Of a stretch of DNA of 64,000 nt, positions 38,607 to 51,590 are shown piece after piece. The translations under genes were made by a program, and so were the position numbers. The notes under the pieces were generated by a model, which saw nothing but the letters and a program-made list of their open reading frames with translations, did no database searches and was not told the DNA's origin. Origin of the DNA: Haliotis rufescens (Eukaryota); assembly GCF_023055435.1 (NCBI RefSeq), contig NW_025963890.1, forward strand, positions 17,484,001 through 17,548,000. Direction: 5' to 3'. Each line of letters starts with the position of its first letter. Position 1 is the stretch's first letter.

Positions 38607-41600
38607 GGTGGCAGGTTCAAGAATTGCAATTAAGGATAGGAAAAAAACGCTTTCAGAACAGCAAAGTGCAGATGTAGCATCAAAAATGGCGTCGATGTAA
38701 CATCAAAGTGACAACCGTTGTCAAGGAAGACACAAAGTCTCGTAAAATCACGCGATATTACAAAATAACGTCAACTGGCTCCCGACCTTATTTGCGCTTG
38801 CACTGGGGTGTTAGAGACGGAGCTCGGCTGTATTTTGAGGAGATTAGTTAAAGTCGCGCCATCATATAAATGGAGCAAATCTAATTATGAGCTGAATTAA
38901 TTCCTCCAGGCACGATTCTAGGTGTTACTAGTTACTATTCAACTAGCAGCTTGTAAGGGTCCGTCAAATTTATGGAACGACAGTGCCTATAATCATACTA
39001 TGACTATTTTCATAACCAGCAATATAAGGGATGCGGTGAAGGCCAAAACGACACCTCAGGAAAACGCCACTGATTTCTCGGGCGTAGTAGTAGTAGTATA
39101 TATGTATTTATTTACAGGTTTTATTATGTTATGTTGTAGTATATATGATTTATTTATATTATTTATATTGTCATTTTCTTGTTTTCCACAGTTATTCACA
39201 GTACTTCCACATTTGAATATCTTCACACCTTGTTCACAAGACTGGCCCATTAACCACAGAGCATTAATTGTGTCAGTAGTCAGTAACTGAGTCAGAGTGA
39301 GGTCCTCATCTTTGTATGTCTGCCCCACGTCGAATATCTCGTGGAGGTGGAGATGTGGAGGACTTCCTCATGTTGGCCCTGAGTTCTTCCTCACATTAGC
39401 GAAGACGCTTATTTCTAACGTAAACGTGTTTTAAGGCGATTAACATTTCAAAATTATTTGTTTTTGCAAGTGACCAAAGAGTTTAATTTCATTTATTTTA
39501 TTTATTTTTATTTTAAGCATGTGATGATTTCACAATATGTTTAGTTGCGCCTCCCAATCACAGTCGGCAAGTAAATTGAAGTAGAGGCTAATTTCTAATG
39601 TAAACTTGTTTTAACATGTTACAATTATTTGTGTTTACCGGAACCCCACGGGGACTGGTATATCGAGATGTCAGGTACCATCAGCCGACCCTGCATGGTT
39701 GGTACACTAGTTTCAGGTCATGACCATGGGCATGTTCAACAATAGTTGTCTACTGGAGTACTCTGACTTGCTTAAACAGGGTTGACATTACCTAACCAAG
39801 GTCGTAGTTAACTTTTTTTTTGACAGGGAGGGCAAATATTTGTACAAGTTTGACTTGTCCCAAACTTGATTCAAATAAAACTGTTTTCTACCGGCTGGCT
39901 ACGGCACTGCTAACCCGAACAAAACACTTAAAACATTAATAATATATACTGAACAACAAAAGTTCCTGTGACATTGAATAAGATTTAATGCAAAGTTATG
40001 TGTTTTTTTACCAAATCTGAAACCATTTCAGATAAAAGACTCCTGTAATTTTGTTTGTTTTGTTTGTTTGTTTGTTGTTTTACGCCGCACTCCAGCTATA
40101 TGAAGGCGGTCTGTAAATAATCGAGTCTGGACCAGACAATCCAGTGATTAATATCATGAGCATCGATCCACGCAATTGGGATCGATGACATGCGTCAACC
40201 AAGTCAGTGAGCCTGACCACCCGATCCCGTTAGTCGCCTTTTACCGCTGAAAACGGCGTAACACCGTACTCACTCACTCATTCGTTATAAATTCATTTTT
40301 AATGTTTGATTTCTATCCCTCTATTTCCTAAATATTGTAGCAAATGCCCCAAGAGTCCTAAATGGGCACTCACTAATTCATGAGTTTCACATATTTATTG
40401 CCCTAAAAAACCTAGTGTGAAGATTAGTAATGTCCGTGTAAACTGCTCAGTATGTGAGTGGATGTGATGTTTGGAATGTTAATTTCTTTCCAGAATTAAA
40501 AATGTTGAACACCTGATCAAATGGTGCACCTGCATGTCTTTGTGAGAAAGTTACATGATGATAATGTCCATGGTCAAAGGGAAGTAACTCTTTGGATAGG
40601 TGCGCTACCACCCAAAGGTCAACTGACGTTGCGCATAGGGAGCCGGGAACCAGCTTATTGGGATGTATGCCGTTGGAAAATATATGGTGACCTTACATCT
40701 CTCTCTCTCTGTTTTAGGTATGTATGCATTAATATTGGTCGAAATAGGCCGTCTTGTATCACATATTGTAGATAACAATGCCAGGAAAAAGGTTGTGGGT
40801 ATTCTGTCAGAGGTAGCATCGTATATTTGCTGTATTTTCGATTTATCGAGCCAAGCAGAAACCTCGTGGTTAGCGTTAGGCGTTCCGTCATTGACTGATT
40901 GTTTTTCACTTTTTGACTATTCAAGAAATGTTATTCCCAATTTAGGAATGGGAATAGAATTTTAATAGTTTTGGTTCAGGAATAGAATAGTTGTTTTGAT
41001 CTTGTAACATAAAATTTTCGCCAACGCTGTTTAAACTCTGGTTGTCACCTATTTTCGGGGGTCACGTGACCGCATGAGCTAGATTCAGGGGAAGTAACCC
41101 TCATCTTGTTACGTTCCTGACAGCACAATCATGTACTGGTCATTGAGGAACATGTTTGTTATTGTGTTGATTTTGAATTATGACCGTTCAATGCAATCTT
41201 TTCCATTGTATTTAATGAGTTACTGCTGCTGTATTAAATATGTAATAAGTTGGCATTGTTGAACTATTATTCTATTTACATGTAACAGACTTGAATGTCC
41301 AAATATGTAATCAATGATCGGTCAAATTATGCATATTGTTGCATTAAATACGAAATCCGGAAGTAATGTTTTTTTTATTAAGCCTAATGGTATAGTGTAA
41401 AAGTGACTATTTGCATGTATTATTTCCATTATGAGAATCGTTTTTTCTTGCTAAAACTTGTAATAGATATAGTAATTTTTGTATAATATGTATGAAGGCT
41501 GTTTATGCAAGTAGTATTCTAAATACTGTATTCCTGTGACAGGTGTGTATTATGATTATTGTAGACATCTTGAATGTTGAGACTGATGTATCAGCAGTAG

Positions 41601-41858
41601 CTAAACAGTTACATTGAAGTTCACAAGTTGATTTAAGTAAGTATACCTGGTAGGTCATTATGTTCCTGGAAAAATGTCACCAGGTAAACTATTTCTGATA
41701 TGTGTTCAGATGTATTCCGTTGTGCATTGTGATTGAGACTTTGGGGCTGTATGCCGTTGGAAAATAAATGGTGACCTGACATCTCTCTCTCTCTGTTTTA
41801 GGGTATATTGTTGTGAGGCTGACAACTTGGCGAGCGTGCCAGGATCAGCATATGTTGC

Positions 41859-44800
41859 TTGAAGTCCACCACGACAATATTGAAGATGTCAGAGACAGAG
41901 TGGAGCATCAAATCCCGGATGTTCAGTCTGGATGTTGGTGTGTTGACAGAATCGCTGGAGCAGCTTGGAATACCTGTCAAGGCTGGTATCGACAAATCAA
42001 CGTGTTTGACAACTTTAGAATCCTATAATGTCGTAATGATCCAAGCAATGGGGGAAAAGGAAATGCACCCCTACCAGCTGCTGTAGCTGAAAAGCAAAGA
42101 GGTTCCTGTCATGAACCCAAGACCGTGACCACATCACCGCCAACAATTGTGAGGGTAGCAGATGTTAAGGAGTTCAAGATTCATGAATCTGTCATGAAGC
42201 AAGAAATAGGTTTCATCAACTTGATATGACTGAGGCAGGAGAAGAAAGGGGTTACAGTACTGTTGAGATTATTGATGGTGTTCTTCGAGCCATTCCACCA
42301 TCAGAGTTACTGAGGTGATACATTGAAGGAAAGGCTGATCGTAGTTTACCCATTTTCAGGAAGCTTCTCCGAACAGTCTCTGAGGAAAAATCTGCGACAA
42401 AACTTTATCAGGAACTTAGTTGTGGTGTTCAAGGGGAAAACGAAGAAACTTTAGATTTGGTTCGGAGGATTCTTGACTTGAGTCAAAAATAAATTTCTCC
42501 TGCAAAGAGGATGGATCTGATATAAGGTATGACCAGAACCTGATGATAAGTATGACCCTGAGAACAATACACACTGGCTTGAGAGACGCCATTATTGCAC
42601 AAGAATTGAGGAACACTCTGTCATCTAATCCTCTGGATCATGAGATCATTGGTCAGGTTGGCGCTGCTGCGTCTGCCGAGAAGGAGCGGAAAAGGAAGAG
42701 CACACGTGTTGCTGATGTTAGGTCTGTAGTGTTTGAGGAATCAAAGGATGAAACAAGTGAACTGTTAGGCGACAGTGAACTGGCTGTCTAGGCTGCCAAT
42801 GGGGAGAACATACCCTTTGAAGGATGTGTCGAAGTATCATTCGAACTGATGAAGGGAACCACTGATCAGAAATTTTCTTTTCCATTTTTAGTTACTAAGA
42901 TGTCCAGCATCACTACCCCAATCATAGGTATTAATGTGATCGAGCAATATCTCTTCAGTCATGCAGAGTGTAGCAGAGTCAATGTCATACAATCAGGACT
43001 GCCAGCAATTAGGAAAGAAAAACTGGAAGCTGTAGTTAAGCTGTTGCAAGAGGAGCGACCTGATGCAATATGTGACTTTCACAGTGAAAGACCAGTATTA
43101 CTTGTCAAAGCTGGTCAAGTGTTACAAGGGAAGTTCATAGTCGCCACTAATGTAAGTGAACCCACCACTGTCTTGTTGGAACCAAACATTAAGGAACCTT
43201 GGCCTGTTGGACTGAAGATTCAAGGATCGCTTCTTAGGTTGAAGAGATTCACCAAAACAAACATTCCGGTAATGTTAATGAACTGTACTAGTCATGACAT
43301 TAAAGTTCACAGCAGGTCATGTCTTGGTACACTGCATCAAGTGAGATCTGTCATACCATTACAAGGTGAGAACGAGCCAGATCCTGCCCAGAATTTAGAT
43401 GATATCCTGGAATCAGATAAAGACATCAGACACCACAAGCATACAAGAGCACTGGCATCCCCCAGTAGACTTAAGTGGTGATTTATGTGAGGAACAACAT
43501 GAAATGATCAAGCAGATGTTATATGAAGAGTCAGATGTGTTCAGTAAGACATGATGATATTGGGACAATAACTGATTTGAAAATGGACATTCAACTCACT
43601 GATGATGTACCTGTACAGAAGTTGTATGTGTCCATACCGATGCCTCTTTACAAAGAAGTTAAAGATTATCAAGAAGACCTTATAAACAAGGGATGGGTAC
43701 GACACTTGAAGTCATATTACTTGAGCCCTCTAGTTTGTGTCAGAAGAAAGGACTCGAGTCTGAGACTAAGTGTTGACACCCTCTACCACGCATACAGGAT
43801 GCCCTTGACAGTTTGAGTGGAAACCAATGGTTTACCTTGCTTGATCAGGGGAAGGCCTATCACCAGGGCTTATCAAGGAAAGTTGTAGACCATATACTGC
43901 TTTTATAAGTCCTTGGGGGCTATATGAATGGACACGCATTCCTTTTGGTTTAACTGGAGCACCAAGTGCATTCAAGCGCTTCATGAACACTTGCTTACAA
44001 GGGCTGAGGGACACTATTTGTATTCCCTTTCTTGATGATGTTACAGTCTTCAGCAAAGATTTTTCACAACATGTAGAAGATGTAAGGACTGTCTTGCAAC
44101 GGTTAAAGGAATCTGGGGTTAAACTAAAACCTCGTAAGTGCAATCTATTTAAGAAACAGGTGCGCTACCTTGGACACATTGTCTCAGAACATGGCATTCA
44201 GATGGACCCAAGAGACAAGGAAGCTGTTCTTAATCTCAAATCTATCCAACCAGCTACAGTGGGAGATGTGAGGAGACTATTAGGATTCATTGGTAACTAC
44301 CGTAAATACATTCCAGATTACTCTCGCAGAGCACAGTGCTTATTCGAACTGCTGTGTTGTTCCGACTCCAATACTGTAGACAAAGGTGTGAAGGTGCGAT
44401 GGGAAAAGAATGGTCAGTTGTCCTCAAGTCACAAAATCACATGGACAGATGAACATAAACAGATTCTGCATGGTATCATAGATGACTTGTTAACTGAAAA
44501 GGTGATGGCTTACCCTGACTGGGAGAAAGAGTTTGTATTGCATGTTGATGCCTCTCAAGAAGGACTGGGTGCCATTCTGTATCAGTCACAGGAAAATAGA
44601 AAATTAGCTGTTGTTGCATATGGATCACGATCACCGTCTCCAGCAGAATAGAACTACCATGCTCGTTCAGGGAAGTTGGAGTTTCTTGCTCTAAAATGGG
44701 CAATAACAGAACGGTTCAGGGACTATTTGTACTATGCACCCATCTTCACAGTCTTTAGTGACAACAACCCTCTGACTTATATTCTTCCTTCAGCTTAGTT

Positions 44801-47062
44801 GGATGGTACCAGACACAGATGGGTAGCAAAATTGGCTGACTATAAATTTTCAATTAAATACAAGCCTGGGAAGAAGAACTTTGATGCAGATAGACTGAGC
44901 AGAATGCCATCAGATATTGACCAGTATATGTTTGAGTGTGTCTGTGAAATAAATCAAGAAGCAATTGAAATGTCAAATCAGGTTACCAATGCTAGGGAAG
45001 AGGGTGACATTGTCTGGATTTCATCAATCACTGATGACCATACTTGTCTTTCTGAAGTTGTCTCCTCTTCCAGCTGCAAGCCTACTTTCCATTGTTTTAG
45101 TGCTGAGGACATCAACAAGACGATGAACACATCAGACCAGTATTGAAAAGCAAACAGAAGAAAAGGAAACCCAATAGGATGACTAAACACAGGACAGAAA
45201 CCATGGACCTGGAAGAAACTCTGTCTTAATACGGATAGCGTTCTGTGTAGAAGAACAGTGTTGTAGTGAAGAAAGGACTCAAATAGTACTTCCCTAGCAA
45301 TTTAGGGCAGCAATTTAGGGCACTTGTGTTAAAAGAACTTCACAATGAAATGGGGCACGTTGGTTCAGAAAGAGTTGTGGCACTGGTGAGAGAGAGATTC
45401 TATTGGCACAGGCAAGCGAATGTCGAACGTTATGTCACTAAGGAATGCACTTGTCTCAAAGACCGCACGCCAACAATTCCAACAAAAGCACCACTGAAAC
45501 CAATATCAACATCTGCATCCTTTCAACTGGTGTCTATTGACTTTCCTCATTTGGAAAGAAGCACAGGTGGCTATAAGTACATTTTAGTTGTGTGCGACCA
45601 CTTTACTAGATTTGCACAAGCATATGCATCGCGAAACAAATCAGCGAAGACTGCTGCAGAGAAAATTTTCAAAGACTCAAATTTTGGTTTCCAGCCAAAC
45701 TGCACCATGATCAAGGTGCAGAATTTGAAAATCAGCTCTTTCATCATCTGCAGAAATATTGTCGCATGGCCAGATCGAGAACAACTCTGTATCATCCGGA
45801 GGGGAATGGACAGGTAGAATGCTCCAAAAAAACATTGTTGGGTATGCTTCGTACCTTGCCCAGCCAAATGAAAAGAAACTGGAAAGATCATTTAAATAAA
45901 GTAGTCCATGCATACAACTGCACTCGAAATGATGCTACCAGTTACTCACCTTTCTGTCTACTCTTTGGGCGATCACCTCGTACCAGTGGACCTAATGTTT
46001 GGACTTGGTAACAAGATTTAAACAGTGATCCTAACAAATATGTGAACCAGTGGCGACAATGCATGCAACAAGCATATGATCAAGCAAATGTGATTGCCGA
46101 TGAGAATGCATGAAAGGGAAAGAAGCAATATGATAAGGAGAGAAGCACTACTTTGATGACTGGTGATCTCATGCTTTTGAGAAACATGTCTGAAAGAGGT
46201 GGTCCGGCAAAGTTGAAATCTTATTGGGAACCAAAGATTCACATTGTGAATAAGCAATTAGTGGGTGACAGTCCTGTATATGAAGTGAGACCTGAAGGTG
46301 GAATTGGATGGACTAGAGTTCTACACAGAAACAAGGTGCTTCCTTGTGATGGACGTCCAGTTGACAAGATTGTTGACAGAGCAAAAGCCCAGAAAGCTGG
46401 AACTCAAACGCTCCGGATGAAAAAGCACATTGTCGATTATGAGCACTCAGGGACGGACAGTGATTCTTCAGAAGGCAGTGGCCAAGTGGAGATCGATGTG
46501 AAGGAAGTTCATCCTGAGAAGCATTTTGCTGCGTCAGAAAATGCCAATGAAACACACAACACCCAGTATCAAGTCGGTCGACGGATCATGGTTCTAATAG
46601 TGTTGAGGATCGAGATGATACTGATGTGAGTGCAAGTGAGCAGTCACCAGATGGTGACAATTCTGTGAGGACCTGTGACCAAATAGATCTACAGCTACAA
46701 TCAACAGAGAGTGAGGAAGAGTCCACAGATTTTCATTATGCCGATGATGAAGCAGAGGTGAGGAAGTCACAACGACGAAAGAAATGTCCAGTCAAACTGA
46801 CATATGCCACAAAGCCAACTGAATGTGAACAGAAAACAAACCTGAACCTTTTCGACTTGCACCGTGGTACCTGTTTCATGGTATTACCCATACCAAGTAC
46901 TGTTAACACCAGTGATACATAACCCATGGTTCCATCCAGAGAGACCTTTACAAGTGATGAATGAACTAACATTGAAACTTCACTATGAGCACAATGGTAC
47001 GACCTTAATATTTTAGGTATGGGTTGCCTTATGGGAAGAGACATCCAAGTTTGTTGTATTTA
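41859..47062 (+). pseudogene. gag-pol pseudogene of gypsy copy 2
   Basis: RT core IPFLDDV, RNase [12 protein letters not shown], integrase zinc finger LHNEMGH...CTC; multiple stops and frameshifts. Confidence 0.93.
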
Positions 47063-48056
47063 GTACAGTCTGAAGTACAAAAGGTATTTCCACTTAGAAT
47101 AACTATGTGTAACAGTAAAAGGTTTGCAGTATTCTTTGACTGGACGTCTAGCAGTATTGTTGCCTTCAGTGTCAAATATCATGATGTATGTAAAACTACA
47201 GGTTGTACACTTTGAAAGTGGTATTTTGCTGCCACTGAGGAACTTACGTCTTAATAATTTAAGCAGCGCTTACTGTTAATATGTTTTCAAAACTGTTGTT
47301 GAAGGTGTATTTGTAGTTCGCATACATATCTGTTGAAATGTCGGGATCACATTTTTTTATGGGGGGCAAATGTAAGAAAGTGAAATAATGATAATGTCCA
47401 TGGTCAAAGGGAAGTTACTCTTTGGGTGGGTGCGCTACCACCCAAAGGTCAACTGACCAATCAAAATTGCCTGTTTACTTTGGGCTGTATGCTGTTGGAA
47501 AATAAATGGTGACCTGACATCTCTCTCTCTCCCTGTTTTAGGTATGTATGCAATAATATTGGTCGAAATAAGGCCGTCTTGTATCACATATTGTAGATAA
47601 CAATGCTAGGACATAGGTTGTAGGTATTCTCTCAGAGGTAGCATCGTATATTTATTGTATTTTCGATTTATCGAGCCAAGCAGAAACCTCGTGGTTAGCG
47701 TTAGACGTTCGGTCATTGACAGATTGTGTTTCACAGGCTTTTTTATTATTAATGGAATGTGATTCCCATTTTCGGTATGGGAATAGAATTCTAATAGTTT
47801 TGGTTCAGGAATAGAATAGTTGTTTTGAACTTTTAACATTAAATATTCGCCAATGCTTTTTAAACTCTGGTTGTCACCTATTTTCGGGGGTCAGTGACCG
47901 CATTAACTAGATTCAGGGGAAGTAACCCTTATCTTGTTACATTCCCTAAAGCACATCCTTGTCATGTTTGTTATTGTTTTGATTTTGAATTATGACCGCT
48001 CCATGCAGTCTTTTTTATTGTATTCAGTTAGTAACTGCTGCTGTATTATATATGTA

Positions 48057-48422
48057 CCATATTCGACGTGATAAGGACCCAGGGCACTCTCATAATTAGA
48101 AATAGGTGACTCTTACTAGAATAAAATTTTGGTGGATTAAAAAAACACAGTTGAAAGATCGTAAATTTCGTGGTTTATGCTGACAGCCTGAAATGATACA
48201 AAAGAAAAGTCTGTTTGTATTATACACGACAGATATATTTTTCTAGAATTTAATTGCCCATAATTATGGGTGCATATAACACACGTGTGTATTATACAGG
48301 AATAAATAAGTCTTGTGTATATTGATCAATTGGAAGGAATTGCGATTGTTCACTAGCCAATATATTAGCAAATACCGCCATGGGCGCTTATTAGAGCAAG
48401 GTGCTTATTAGACCGAATACGG
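48057..48422. mobile_element. Same MITE in the 3' LTR of gypsy copy 2
   Basis: Same termini and same LTR position as 22520-22887. Confidence 0.75.
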
Positions 48423-49341
48423 TAATAAGTTAACATTGTTGAACTTTTATTCTATTTACATGTAACAGACTTGAATGTCCAAATATGTAATCATAGATAG
48501 GTAAAATTATGCATATTGTTGCATTAAATACACAATCCAGAAGTAATGGTTTTTGATTAAGCCTAATGGTATAGTGTAAAAGTGACTATTTGCATGTATT
48601 ATTTCCATTATGAGAATCGTTTTTTCTTGCTAAAACTTGTAATAGATATAGTAATTTTTGTATAATATGTATGAAGGCTGTTTATGCAAGTAGTATTCTA
48701 AATACTGTATTCCTGTGACAGGTGTGTATTATGATTATTGTAGACATCTTGAATGTTGAGACTGATGTATCAGCAGTAGCTAAACAGTTACATTGAAGTT
48801 CACAAGTTGATTTAAGTAAGTATACCTGGTAGGTCATTATATTTCCTGGAAAAATGTCACCAGGTAAACTATTTCTGATATGTGTTCAGATGTATTCCGT
48901 TGCGCATTGTGATTGAGACTTTGGGGCTGTATGCCTTGGGAAATAAATGGTGACCTGACATCTCTCTCTCTCTCTGTTTTAGGGTATATTGTTGTGAGGC
49001 TGACAACTTGGCGAGCGTGCCAGGATCAGCATATGTTGCTTGAAGTCCACCACGACAACATTGAAGATGTCAGAGACAGAGTGGAGCAATTGCTTATGGA
49101 CTACAAGTGTGATCACCATGCGTTAGTCTAGAACATAGCCAGAAAATAGCAGAAAAGGAGCAACTAAACAAACAAAATGTTGTAACAAATAATGTATTTC
49201 ATTAACATAAAGAAAACAGCCAAAAAAAACAGATGAATTTTATGTATTTCCTAAATATTGTAACAAATGCCTCAACAGTCCTAAAATGATTCATAAATGT
49301 TTTGTATATAAGTATATACATATGTGTTTAGAGTTCACTGC

Positions 49342-51117
49342 CTAATCATCCTTCTTCTTAAACACACTCTTGACTCTTCTGAAGAAGTTGGCCACCCTGG
49401 ATAGCAAGGCCTTCAGGAAGGAGTGGGTTGGCTGGATGATCTCCTCATCCACGAGATCTACTTCAACAAAGTCAGTGTCGTCCACGATGTACTGACCAGC
49501 GATAGTGAGGGACACAGAAGGGACAGTGCTGGGGCGAAGGGTCTGTGGGACGGGCAGGTGAGACAAGTGGGCAGGGATGGTCAGGGACTTTGAAGTGGGT
49601 TGCTATAGATAGGGAGGTAGTGGAAAGAATGGAATGTGAGGAATGAATATTATGTAGATGGAAAAAGTTAGTCAATCATTGAATTTTATTGCAGCAAATA
49701 AAAGATTATGGTGGTAAAGACAGAAAAGGTGTGAAAAAAGAAACAAGGTAAATAAAGATGATATAAATAGTAGATACCGAAAGGTAGATAATGCAAAGGG
49801 AAGGTAGATTGTTTGTTTGTTTGTTGTTTAAAAACGTTGCACTCAGCAATATTCCAGCTACATTACGGTGGTCTGTAAATAATCAAGTCTGGGCTAAGAC
49901 AATCCAGTGATTGACATCATGAGCATTGATAGTAAAGATGTTGACATGAAGGATATTCTTGGAAATACAAATGTGACAAACTTTACAGAATTATTGAAGC
50001 CTTTGAACCAAAGTACTCTCAACATTCATAATAGGGTTTTATTAATTGCATACTGTTGGTTTAAGGTAGGAATATAGTATAAACATTCAGTTACAGCTTT
50101 ATAAAAACAGGGACCAGTACACAGAGGTGTTCCACATTTCGGTGAAAACTCATGGAAGTGCTAAACAGGCATTGTTAAAGACAAGCCTTTAGGACACCTA
50201 CATGGCAAGGGGCTTGATAAGTCAGTTGGGACAGAGGCTGGAGGAACCAGATCATCCGATCAACTGTGGGGAAAAAGAGGAATAAACATACAGGGTATTA
50301 AACACCCAGAATGTATGTTGCTGGTTCCTAATCTTTGGGTGATGACTAGTAAATTATATATCATTTTGCAGTTTATAAATTATTTATGCTGACAGATAGG
50401 TGGTATATATAGCTTAGCTTTTAGGGGTTCCCCTTTTACAAAATGTTCCATTTTTATGTTGGATAAAGAGTAATGGTAATAATCACTGCAAAGTATATCT
50501 CCCTGTTACGTTATGACTTGAGCCCCTCAGACAAAATATGGGATAATAAGTTACAGTTTACCTTTTACTGCTAAACTAAGTCTATTTGCTAAAATACAAG
50601 GGATTCCGCCTAACCATACAATATTGATTTGGACTCAGACTGCAGTGTACATTCTGAGAGTATATAAGAAATCATGAGCAGATCCAGGATTTAAAAAAAA
50701 GGGAGTGGGGGCAGGGGTGTGTTCCACTTGGGCTATTTGTAACTTCAGTAGGGGCAGTTCCCACACAAATCACTTCCCCAAGACTCACAAACACTTCATG
50801 TAAACCACTGTTAAAATACATATACGGATTTCATTTTACAACCAAATCAACATGTTACCATGGTAGGAAAGGCGCATAAATAATGTCATGAGATGTAAAA
50901 GACACAAGAACCTACATTTTATTATAATGTTTACAAGTTCAAGGTATACAAAGGTCCCTGCATTCAACATCTTAGCCCCTAAAGCATGCAGTGTTTGAAG
51001 ATCAGTACAGGAGCCATGATACACTCCCCCTCATCACACTAAAATACCAACATGTAGGTACAGAATCTACTGAAGCGTAATTAGAATTGTACCTTGAACA
51101 TAAGTGCTCGCATTCAT
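49342..51117 (-). CDS. Three-exon orphan gene, copy E: join(51117..51093, 50263..50202, 49602..49342); 115 aa
   Basis: Same exon structure with GCCACCATG start. Exon 2 ends TYQAPCH. Confidence 0.78.
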
Positions 51118-51590
51118 GGTGGCAGGTTCAAGAATTGCAATAAAGGATAGGAAAAAAACGCTTTCAGAACAGCCAAGTGCAGATGTAGCATCAAAAATGG
51201 CGTCGATGTAACGTCAAAGTGACAACCGTCGTCAAGGAAGACATGAAGTCTCGTAAAATCGCGCGATATTACAAAATAAAGTTAACTGGCTCCCGACTTC
51301 ATTTGCGCTTGCACTGGGGTGTTATAGAGAAGGAGCTCGGCTGTATTTTAAGGAGAGAAGTTAAGTCGCGCCATCATATAAATGAAGCAAAATTAATTAT
51401 GAGCTGAATTAATTCCTCCAGGCACGATTCTGGGTGTTACTAGTTACTATTCAACCAGCAGCTTGTAAGGGTCCGTCAAATTTATGGTACGACAGTGACT
51501 ATAATCATACTATGGCAATTTTCATAACCAGCAATATATGGGGTGCTCAGGATTTTTTTCTGACCGGGACCTCACGGAGACTGGTATATC

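Larger units (their letters stand above)
40541..49088 (+). mobile_element. Decayed Ty3/gypsy LTR retrotransposon, copy 2 (LTRs 40541-41824 and 47371-49005, plus a second PBS and internal stub 49006-49088)
   Basis: TGT...ACA LTRs; PBS TGGCGAGCGTGCCAGGA at 41828 and 49009; purine tract GGGGGGCAAA before 47371. Confidence 0.93.

Noticed and set aside
38922-39290. 122-aa hydrophobic ORF
   Set aside because: Chimera of unit promoter sequence and an AT-rich insertion (~39030-39635); GTG start; hydrophobicity follows from T-richness.
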